Source: Eutreptiella sp. 'Long Island Sound 2002' (Eukaryota > Protista > Euglenida). From it: a stretch of 64,000 nt of DNA. The DNA lies in assembly GCA_964036045.1 (NCBI GenBank), contig OZ038378.1, positions 196,664,001 through 196,728,000 of the forward strand, written 5' to 3'. A model generated the notes under the pieces. It did not search any database, was not told the origin of the DNA, and worked only from the letters and a program-made list of their open reading frames with translations. Both the position numbers and the translations under genes were made by a program. Shown here in pieces: positions 52,901-64,000 of this stretch (position 1 is its first letter; each line of letters opens with the position of its first letter).

Positions 52901-55900
52901 TTCCGGGGGATACTTAAAAATCTCTCCAGAAAACGTGCTACAAAAGCCCGACAACAAAAATATAAAAACAAACTCAAAAAATACCATAAACCCCGCCTAA
53001 TTGCACAAAGCCCCCCCCCCCCCCCATGCTAAAAACACCTCCAAACTGTACCAAAAAAAACTTCCTAAAATGTACCAACCCCCCCCCCCCCCACACACAC
53101 CTAGAAACACCTCCAAAGTGTATCAACCCCCCTAAGGGGGGGTTTTGACACTTTTTGGGTGGTTTTCTGGCCCTTTTACACCGGGGGTTTTTGTGGTACA
53201 TTTTGCGACTTTTCGGAGGGTTTCGTGGTACAAAGCAGGGGGGGGGGGGCATTCAGCAGGAACCCACCCTGCCCCCATCGCGGCTGCCCCGTGGTGGCCG
53301 ATTGGGAGTGGGGCCCGAAATCTCGCAGCCAAGCCGCTCCCTAGGTTGTGTGTTTGCTCAGACCACGCCGTGGTTGCACCCCCACACCATGCTGAGGTCA
53401 CACACCCCTGGGCCAAAGTGCGGGCTAGCAACAAAATAAAACCCCTCAATAGTATCCATAATACTGGAGGCCTGTAGGATAAGACAGTTAGCGCCATTCA
53501 ACATGTTATTGGACCAAAATGGTCGCCCTCTGCAGTGCAATCCAATATTCCCATTACTTCTACCTCATACAAACAAATCTGCCACCAAACACACAGCCCC
53601 ACTGTTCATTTTGTTTTCTCTTAGTGCCATTGAGCAAATGCCCACAAAATTGGATTGTGTACGGCTCATCGCTCAGGGCATAGCACAGGGATTCCGCGGC
53701 CAGGGAAATAAGATGGCTACTCATGAAATTCGTGCACAGAGTCAATCATGGGACAGGACCAGGTTAAATGTGCGCCAGTGCACTGGTACTGCAATCCATG
53801 ATGCCAGCACTTGTACATAAGGCTGTCACTTTGTGCAACACCACGCAGTGCCGTGCCTACAACGGCTGTGGCTTGGTCCTGGGGTTTGGCTACAACAAGT
53901 ATCGGTGGACTGGTGATTAGACGTAGCGTTTCACACATTGTGTGGGTCAGACATTTTGTAGCACAGTCACCCTCAAGAAGGGCGTGCCAGGAGTTTGGAA
54001 AAATGATTTCCAGGAAAAAAGCACCTGCACCCTCAGACCTTCTCCATACCGTTCCCGTTAATCTGGGCAAAGTGTTCATGCCACCAGGTGGTAATCACAG
54101 ATGTAATAAGATTTACTCAGTACCGGCGGTCAGCGGACTGGAGATAGCTCTTGGCTGGTTTGGCTTGCCAGACGGCAGCAGTTGTACGAAAACCATGCAT
54201 TGAGACTGTGGGGCATCATCACAAATGAAACTTGACAAAAGATTTCGGAAATTGGGAATTGAAAAATATTCATACACAAGACATATCTCTTTCGTGCCAT
54301 AAAAGAAAATGAAGCGGGAGTGATATGGTTCTCACTGGCGCTCCTTTCAAACGGAAATGACAAATGGGTAGGCAAATGAGGTGTCAAGTGACATCACCAA
54401 ATGCCAAAAACCCCAAGGGATGTCGCAGATCTTGGTGTGTGACCCTAAAGCCATGGTTTGGGAGCTTGCACAACACACCTTGCACTCGGTTGCTGACGTT
54501 TCCGTATTCCCTTGTGATGGGTGCGTGGGGAAAATACTGTGGTTCTGCAACAGGGGGGGCGGTGTTGGCCAGCCGACATCCGTGTCACATGGGTGGGCGT
54601 CGGAAGCACGCAGATGTGGGATTGCAAGTTCTATCTGCACCTCTGCAGCGGTCCTAGTGGCTATGCACACTGCCAAACTGAATTCCCGAAGTTTGTTGGT
54701 ACCTTGCCATTTGCGAGGGTCCGCCAAACGTCTTACTTCTGATGAAAGTGCGAGGCAATGACGGAGGCGGAGTGCCCGTCGCACCCGTTCCTGCGCCCAT
54801 GCGCAGCCTGTTTTCGCGGAAACACAAAGCGGCATCCGAAGAAGCCGCACAAAGTGCCACAGAGCAGCAACACACTGACTGCCTTGAGCCGCTCCAGATG
54901 GCTGCACCACGCACGAACACAAGGGTGCACGGGAGGGGGGGCACCAGTCCCCGCTGAACATCCCCCCCTCTGCACATTTCTGCCTGACAGCCCCAACCCG
55001 TCATGGGTTCGGCTGCACCTGTTGGCGGTACCCAATGCTACTGTTTGCGGTCAGTTCCATGCGCCAACCTGTGGACCGGTACTGATGACCAGCAACGGGG
55101 CAACGGCCAACAGTCCCACAGCGGCCCTTCAACCGCCTGCGCAACCTCTGCCTGGCATACCTTCAGCATCGGATCCTTGACCAGGGCCCCTTGCACCAGT
55201 TGTACCCAACCTAATGGCAATGGAAAGGCTAGCAATTGCCAGGATAGGCCTGTCATACAGCGCTGTTCTTGGCAGTTGAAACAAAAACACGTCGGGCTGG
55301 TGACAGGGTCGTCAGGACGGAGCCATTTCAAGTTTGTTTGATCACTGATCAGGACAGCCAGCAAAGCCGACAGCAACTGTTGGGTAACTGACGGGGGTTG
55401 GGTGCAGGCCTTTGCTTAGTGATACTCTGGGGGGGGGGAGGGGGGCTGCGTTAAATTGGCCTCCACGGGATTTTGGCTGACCCACCCACCCACCCCATAT
55501 ACCTAGAGGGGGGGGGGGGTCACAGAACTTGGTCTACTGCCAACGTTGCCCATAGACATAAAGACACTTGCAAAGAATGCTGGCCCCTGAGCTGTAGTAC
55601 GGAGGAGGGATGCCACACCACTCGGGACAAAATGCTGTCCGCCTTACCCCAAGTTGATCAAGGTGAGCGTTGGGATGATCCCTGATGATCATGCCACATT
55701 CACATTCTTTTGTGGCCATGGCAAAAGTGTAAAGCAAAACAAGTCTGCACAATGTGGCAGCCCCCGCATGTGTCATCATGTGCCTCAGTAACTGCCACAG
55801 CCCGTGGGCAACCTCCAGCCACCCACCCAAAAGAGCTGAGCCCCCCCCCCCCACCCACCCCGCCCAGGGGGGCTAGCTGCACTTTTCCCAGAATCAGGGG

Positions 55901-58900
55901 ACAGCCAGACAAACCGACCCACCCACCGTCAGACCCCCCCCCTCCCCCCGGTCCAGTATAAACCAGCCACTAAGCAAAGGCCTGGCTGGGTGCTGAAGGA
56001 TAATCGACGGTGCTTTCAGGCTAGTTTCGGGGTTCAATGCTGGCTGATGGCCGTACTGTCCGCAGTTGCCATTATCAAATAGTGCAATCCCCAGGGGTTG
56101 ACATGAAGTGCAGTTTCAGCCAGTCCGGAGCACAATAGCGACGGGCCAGGCAACAAAAAAAAAATGCTGCCGTGCGTCATATCTGTTACTCGGAGGGTAA
56201 CCGCCGGTGGTTGGAAGGCAAAACACAACGGTTGGAAGGAAATGCGGGCTATTTTTCGGGGCAGTATGTCATTACAAAACCCGATAACAATCATGTTCAG
56301 AACACCGCCTGGCTGGTGTATGTACTTCCAATCATCGGTTCGAGAGGCTTCCTACTCTCGGTCCAAGTCTGAGCAGGACCATGCAGTGTGCCCCTTGTTG
56401 TGGGCGGGCAAAGGGGCAAGTGACGCCTTCCAAGGGCTGAAGAAGACATCCGGCTGGGAAGCGCGCGGGCGTCAGTCTCCCGAGGAGGAGGCGGACGAGT
56501 CTCCCGTTGAGGAGGCAGACGCAGGCCTTGCGCTTGGCTGCATGGAGGCCAAGGCCAGAAGCATCGTTCTGAGCTCATGGGACCCACTGGGCCGCCGGTC
56601 CAGACTGGACTGCATGGCCCGGAGCTGCCCCATGATGTCCTCCATAATGCGATTCAGGTCGGCCACCCCTGCGTTGCGGAACAGCCACCGTCCCACAAGC
56701 GCGTTCACGATGTGGTTGGTCACGTACCCCTCATCGGTGACGGCCGTGCACTCCTCGCACTTGTGACAGTCCCCATCCACCTTCATGTCCTCCAAACAGC
56801 TCCTGCAGGGGGACGGGGGGAGTCTGCCAAGCCCATGGGTTGGCCACACCCCCGTTTGGTGCTTCTGGCCTTGGGTCACTTCTGGGACGCCCCACAGCAA
56901 ATGGCAGTGCCGAACTGAAGGATCATGGGTTGCACGGTCAATGTTGGTGCTGGGCACATTGCCCAAGGTTTTCCAGTTTTGTCCGCGAGCGACTGAAGTG
57001 ACTGCGTGTGATGCGTGCACACAACGATTTTGGAGCTTTCCACTGGCCACAGTCGGCCAAGGTGGGGCTGCATGCCATGTGATGGGTTGGCGTCTCCAGG
57101 AAATCGTGAGTTGGGCCCCCTTTCTTTTTCTGGACTGGCACCAATTTGCATTTCCGGGGGGCTGGCCCTCCCAAGGCAAAACGCCCCTCTCCATATCAAT
57201 AAGGTGGCATGCTGAGGTAGTGCCACCTCAAACATGTACATAAAACCGGAAGTACCAAGCGGCTTACTCATTCAGTCATCCCCCCCCCCCCCGCGTAGCC
57301 CCCCGGCTGGAGTACCCCCCAGACGGAAGACGGAGTAGCCTGTCTCCCCCAACGAGCATCTGGCCCACTTCTACTTGGGGGGCATGTGTACGCAAGGAGT
57401 TGGCACAATTACCATTGATGCATTTTGGGGTTGGGTGAAGCTTCCCATGCCATGCTCCTTAAAGGGGGAGGGGGCGAGGGGGCAATCTAACATTACTTGA
57501 CGACCTGTGGTAGTGCAGTGGGTATGCACTTGGACCTTAAGGTGCTTCTTTTGAGAGGTCCTGGGTTCAAACCCCTGAATAGCCTAGCTAGGTAAGACCA
57601 GCCCCTCATGATGGTGATGATGTCTTTTCAGCAGGGAATCCTCCACTTGGGGATAGGTAGGTGGATAATCCTAGGGAGGAGGCGCTTGGGAGGACAGGAG
57701 GGGGTTTGAGCGGGGGGGGGGGGGGGGTCCTCCTTAGGAACCCAATGAAATCAGTTTGTTTTTTCAAAAAATGTTTCAGACTCTATGGGTCCCTCCTCCT
57801 GCTTCCGATTTTTCAATTCAAGCACAACCTTGGAGGGGAGGGGAGGGGGCAACCCACCAGTGGTGGTAGCCCAAGCTAGTTGGGGTGGGAGCAGTGATGG
57901 ATATAACTGGGGTGGGTGGGTCTGGCCCGGACCTCCCCCCACCCATCTACCCCTTGGTCACAAAAAAGGTCACAATATTTGGTCACAAAAAAAGTGACCT
58001 GAAACCGGCCGTTTTGGGCAGCCCTCAGCCCGTACATATACATGGGAAAGGGGGCGGGGGGTGATGCAACAACACACATGACAGCCCTATGGATGCAACA
58101 TTGCCAGTGCCATTGAATGTCATTCAATGTCATTCACTATCATCACTAACAGTGACAGTGGTCTTGCTCGCTGCACCTACCACTACCTGACATGTCATTA
58201 TCATTGTCACTATCGCTACCACTGCCACTGGATGAATCTGTACTAATAGATGCAAGGGAGGACAAGGAGGCAACAAGGAACAAAAGGGCCCGCAATAACA
58301 TAATACACACACAGTGTACAAATACTAGCATTCACAATAAATTTGCCGTGCAAGTAGACATGGTCACAGTAAATTTGCAGCACAGGCAGGCACAAGAAAC
58401 ATTCTCCCGGAGACACCTTATTTGGTCACAATTTTTTTGGGGTTTGCAATTTCCCACTATGGCCCTTTAGTTCTTTTGTGACCATTCACAAAAAATCCCC
58501 CGCCCCCTCCGGACAAGGACCCCCCAAGTGGCGCGAAAACTATATCCATCACTGGGTGGGAGTGGCAGTGGGGGGCTTGAATGCATCAATTGCTAGATAC
58601 TTGTGGAAGACTATTACTTATTCCTGGCGGCTTTTCAATGCCTACTGCACATTTGTGCAAGCTAGTGGTTGTAATTCCTATGAGCTTCTAGGTGCCCGTT
58701 ATTAATTTTTGGAGGCTTCTACATGATTGCTGTAAATTTTGGATGGTTGTGGGTGAGTATTGTTCATTGTTGGTGGCTTGCGGATGCTTGCCATTCATTT
58801 ACACAGGCTTCTAGATGATTAATTCTTGGAGGTGTCTAGATGCATGTTTGCAGCTAGTAAATGTGGTCGGCCACCCAGGTTACCCTTCAACACCTCATCC

Positions 58901-61900
58901 ACCAATCATGGTGTCATGTTACAAAACAAAAAAGAGGCTGGCTTGACTCTTGGAGGAGGGTTGTGGACGACTACTGTTTGCGAATGCCACATTCCCTTTA
59001 AAGGGCAAACAAAGACGCTTCGAGGGGCAAAAGAAGATGGACAGCATTGCAAGCCATGGTGCATGGCTGTATCCAGGGCAATGGAGGGACACACAATCCA
59101 TTGGAATGTCCTGAGGCAATGTGAGACTCCGATCCCTACCATGATACCACGTACCAAGCAAGTGGACCCAAACCCCCTTGGTCGTACCAAGAATGTCCCT
59201 TGTGCCCTGAACCCATTCCACAAGCCACATGCAACAACCAGAACCCAATCCCTTGTGCCCAAAATCCTTTTTGAAGAATGCTCGAAAACAAAAATTTTGT
59301 AAATGACACATTGCACCCTCCCATGCCATCCCCCCCCCCCCGCGCCCAAGCTTGCCTGGCCTTGGAGGCCCCCTGTCCCACAAATGCAAATTGTTGATGC
59401 CCCTGTTTTTGTTTCAGCTCTGCGCACCATGTGTCCTGGTCCATAGATTGGGCGGTGATGTCCACTGATATCATGTTCTCCTTCCTCTATGTATTTTCTC
59501 TTCTTCTCCATTAGTTTTGTGGGGAAAGTGGTATGAACAGGTGACATGTTACTCGAGGGTTTGCTTTTTGGCCAAATCTTGCAAAGGAAAGGGACACAAC
59601 TTGTAATGTTCAGATTAGCACAGGTCACAGCATGTTGTCAAGAGCACAGGACCAGAAGAGCACTTCCAGAGGCCTGCAATGCTACAGAAGCATGTAAGCA
59701 GTGCATAAATCTCATGATTGAACATCCATAATATGGCAAATAAACTGGGAACTTTGCATGTTCATGTTTGTTTGTGTCTTGCTATTTGAGGTGTCTTGTT
59801 TTTTACTATTTTGATATCCTCCCCAATATGGCTCACTTATATTACACACATAACCCCAAACGGTCTGCAAAATGACGGTCACCCATCATTTTGTTCCCGT
59901 TGTACAGCCTTAGGAACCAGCACCCTCGGCCCCTAGGGGGAATCTTTGCACTGCGCGCTACTTTTAGCCTATGTTCCCCCCGAAGAGCCCCCAAGCAAAC
60001 CCCTTGGAAACACCCTTAGAATTAGGTGACCCAAACTGCCCTAGTTCAAGAAAGTTGCAAACTACCTTCCCTTCACATAACACACATCATGCACAATTGG
60101 AAAAGCCATGAACAGCGCATTGGTCGCCACCCTCAAGAACACACAACTGTCTTTCTGTTCCATTGTCAACTAAGTACACATGGACTCCATCTTGCATTGG
60201 CGATTTACCACCCGCAGTGCATCTTGGTAGTACTCCAAGTGGATGAGCCCATCTCCCGCCATCCCAACCACCGTGGCAGGAACTCGCACGCCGTTGGAGC
60301 GGGTGTAGAACACCCGATCACCAAGACTCAAATCCATGAAGAAAGTGTTTCTAAGAAAGGAGGAGGGGGTCCTGTAGCATATGTGCAAGCACGATAGATC
60401 AATGTGTGCACACGAGCATTGCGCCTTGCCATGCCTTAGCACAACCATGCTACGCCTTGCCATGCCTTTACCCAAACGTGCTACGCCTTGCAAAACCTCC
60501 GCTAGGGGTCACCATGATGCCCCTAGGGGCCCCTAGTATCTCAAAGTATGGGTCTCTAGTACGGCCAAACACCCAAATAGTTGCACTGCGCGCGCACTGC
60601 GCGCAAGGCTCCCCCCTAAAACCAAACACAAGGCATGGCCCAAGCGGTCCATGACTTCCTTTTGGTGGAAGTCGATGAGCAAGAAATTGACATATCCCTT
60701 CACGCTTTGTGCAACTTGTAATGTTTTTAGGGTGGGCATACACGAGGACACATTAAGGGAGGGGGCTTAAACAACCGGACAACAAATAACAAGACATACA
60801 GAACTTTGTTATCCTGGTTTACCGACCATACAATCGGTGGTCATGAGACAGTGCATTGTACGTAGGGCGGAGATAAGACACAATTTGCTCTAGGCTTTGC
60901 TTTTTGGCCAATTTCTCCGAAGAAAAAAAGGCACAAGTTGCGATTCAGAGGGATTTAACTAGCCAACAGCTGGCCCAACTGTGGGCTTCATGCAAGAAAA
61001 TGGGTCCCAAGTTTTGCTCTCAGAGCATCTGCCTTTGGATTACGAGGTCCCCAAGCCCCCCTCACTTCCCGAAGCGCTAGGGCCAAGGGGCCCAAGTCCC
61101 TCCATGCTGCTACCAAGGCCATGTGGTCCCCAATCCACAAAAAGCGAATCCGGCGGTTCTGTGTGAGGTGGCAATGAGACCAGAAAACATCTGGACACCT
61201 GTGCACCAACAACGTAAGAAGGAGGGTTTGTCAGACCTGTTAAAACTCAAATTGGGTAGATTTGAGAGAACTATGATGAAGACAATCAATAGAGCCGGTG
61301 ACCATGTACATTTGTAAATTGACACTAAGTACCCATTACCTGCCAGTTTTTGACATGTGCTTCCGGGCATTTTTTTGACATTTTTCGCCCCAACGATTTG
61401 CTTCAGGCCGATTTTGGGACCCAAGACCCAAAATGGCTGTCAAATCCCATGAAGCACACTACACTACTTCTTGCAGAGATGTTTTGCCCCTGCACTAATA
61501 CTTCTAGGGATGCTTTGCCCCATTTCACAGAACCTGAAATCTACACAGCCATGCTGCCTTCATATTTCATCCTTCAATTACTTTCACACTGCTGTGTGCC
61601 GTTCTGAGGTGCTAGGGCAAGAATGTTTGCATTGGTTCTTTGACAATGTATGGAGAGAAAGGATGAAGGTACTCAAAAAATACTTAACACAAGGCTGTAG
61701 AGTGCCAAAAAACACGAATGGGAACAAACTTGTACAAAATAGAATCACACCAGAGAAGTTAGACAGGGTAATTTGAACTAATTTGCACCCATGCTCCTTC
61801 TCACTAGATTGGCACCGGTACTCTGTGCTGAGTAGGGGGTCAGTGGCTTGTGTGCACATGCATTCTATCCCCCAAGCAACATGTGATGGACATGCATGCA

Positions 61901-62834
61901 TCATGGACGTTTTGGGGGCAAACTACCATGAAGGCAGTTTTCCCTCGAGTGGCTTTGATGCCAATGGTCCTTTCAGGCTCAGGCCAACATTGGTGACTAA
62001 CTGAAGATGACCAAAGGCCACGGAGCGGGTGGGGGGTAGCGTGCCCGAACTGATGTGGCGGCCCTGGTGGGCAATCCTTCCTTTGCAAACATCATGTTCC
62101 CACAGTCCAATTTGCATTGGATGGTGCGATCTAGGATAGGGGCTCACCGTCACAGCCAAACTCAGCCGAGGACCTGGACTCCCAATCGGCATATTTATCC
62201 GTTTGATCCCTTCGCCTTTTTGTTGGGGCACCTTCTTGGGAGGGTCAACAGAGCAAGAAGTCAACCAACGGCTACATAACCCCCGACCGCACTGGGGGTC
62301 CCCAAAGAGCGGATGGTTGTATAGCCCCTCCGCTGTTGGGGTCCCGAGAATGGAGATGGTTGCATATCTCCTGCCTTCTTGGGGAGGGGCAAGAGCGGGT
62401 GGTCGACAACTTGGCTGCATGCCCGCTGCCGTACCAGTCCCCAAAGCAGGGAGCTGACAAATGGCTGCATTACTGCTGCTGTACTGGGGGCCCCCTGAGT
62501 GGTATGGCTACATAGCCCCAAAGGCACGGAGGGGGCGGGACGGTTTGTTTTCTCACGAGAAAAAACCGAGTAAAACAGTCCGTTCCTCAGTTTCGCTCAA
62601 GATCCAAAGAAAAGTCGGCGCATCTGTTGTGATTGCCTGGCCAAAAGGGGGCGTTCCATGGCCTGCCCTGAAGAGGGTAGAGCGGCCCTACGACCCGCTT
62701 CGCCTGTGTGCCACATGTGACGAGCGGAACGCGCCCATCGTCCTCTTCATCCACATTCCCCCCCACCTTGTGAACGGGATCGGATGGCGGCACCACGTCC
62801 TGAAGACCGTGGGGGCCCGCACAAGGGTACGCAC

Positions 62835-64000
62835 CTGCAGAAGGAGTGCCCGCACGGCCACAGCGTGCGCGCGTCCCGATACAGATTCAGGCAGTGCTTG
62901 CAGGTCATGTCCACGATCAGGTTCGAGTTGAAATGGATCAGCCACGCGACGGACGCGTGGATGCGCTCCAGCTGGTGCCGGACCGCCCCCTCCCGCTGCA
63001 GGAGGCCCTCCGCGCACGCCCGCACCGCCGCCACGTCGTCCGCCTGCAGCGCGCACTGCGTGGGCCGGTCCTGCGTCGCGCGCTCCTCCATCGACGTGTA
63101 CCCGTCGATCCGCAGCGGCGCCCGCGCCGCTTCGAGGAATGCGGCCTCGAGACTGGCCTCCCGCTGGGGCCGGCCGACCCCCGCGTCCGGGGCCTGGGAG
63201 CGGCGCCGCTCGGCCTGAGCTCGGGCCCGCAGCGTCTCGTGCTGCTCCAGAAGCGTCGCCAGTTCGGTGCGGCGGATGGAGAGCAGGGCCTCGTGCTCGT
63301 GCACGTCCGCCAGCAGCGCGGCCCTCCGCCGCCGCAGCTCCGCCACCTCCGCATCGTCGGGGACGCCCCCCGACGGCCCTGGGGCCTCGGACGCCGCCGG
63401 GCCCGAGGCACTGCGCTGCCTCGGGCCCGTGGGGCTCGAGGACGCGCTGCGGTCAAGACCGACGGGGCTGCGCCCGGGGGACGGCGGCGGCGGTGGCGCC
63501 TGCGCCGCGGGCCCGGGGGCCGCCGGCGCTGGACCGCCGGCGTCCGCTGTCGTGCCCCCGTCTGCCGTGCCCCCCGAGCGTGCGGCGTACGGCCCAGTCG
63601 CGGGCCCGGGGTTGTGCCCCCGCCGGCACCGGGACGCCGGGCTGGAGTGCGGCCGCGGCGGGCCCGTGCCTCGGGCCCCGGCCTTGGGCTGCAGGAACGC
63701 GTCATGGGCCGTGAGCAGTGTGCCGGGCAGACTACCGACGCGGAGGCGGGGGCCCTGCGCGACCGGGCCCTCCGGGCTCTCGGCGCTGTACGGGCGCGGC
63801 ACGGCGCGTGCGGGGGCCGGGTCCGGCGGCCCTGGCGCGTCGCGCGCGTCTCGCGCGGCGAACGACACCGACTCGAGCTCGCCGTAGCCGCCGAACAAGT
63901 GCCGGACGACCTCGGCGCTGGGCACGCCCGCGGCCCCGTCCACGACCACCCGCAGGCACGCGGACGGCGGCCCCGGGGGGCGCTGCCGCGCGACGATGCC
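62835..64000 (-). CDS. Partial exon of a host gene: RRM-like segment, low-complexity linker, coiled coil and the start of a RING finger
   Basis: The frame is open to the window edge. Motifs are SAEVVRHLFGGYGELESVSF (RRM-like), ELRRRRAALLADVHEHE (coil) and DMTCKHCLNLYRDARTLWPCGHSFC. The donor AG|GTGCGT lies at 62835/62834 and coincides with a drop in GC. The next exon was not found. Confidence 0.7.

Overview
Eukaryotic nuclear DNA, most likely from a photosynthetic euglenid. This is an inference from a chlM gene with a hydrophobic signal plus S/T/R-rich presequence, GT-AG introns and SL-type acceptors before the ATG; another complex-plastid alga cannot be excluded. Bases 1-35.2 kb are one nested retroelement cluster. 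It holds two divergent Ty3/Gypsy-type LTR elements, E1 (1-10430, minus, intact) and E2 (29502-~35200, plus, decayed, with a chromodomain). Both carry a trimeric dUTPase and a Dam-like N6-adenine methyltransferase domain directly upstream of RT. E1 is a single frame broken by exactly two in-frame stops at domain boundaries (gag UAG, then UGA before RT), which suggests double readthrough. The cluster also holds a pol-less LTR element (Z) and a ~12 kb APE-RT-RNaseH LINE (X) with an extra 3' ORF (RING-like), a 65-bp minisatellite and an inverted copy of its 3' region at its 5' end. A 5'-truncated sister copy (Y) has a (TACC)4 tail and a 142-bp target-site duplication. Bases 35.2-45.6 kb are a host gene island: a hypothetical gene, chlM (5 exons) and a 9-exon gene for a protein with six DGxxDGx[FY]xGxxI repeats, a poly-Pro segment and a coiled coil. 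Bases 45.6-62.7 kb are mostly degenerate repeats, two more LINE-like remnants with different tails, and G/C homopolymer runs. The window ends in a GC-rich exon of a gene with RRM-like, coiled-coil and RING domains. All alignments, folds and translations were done by eye; no database searches were run.
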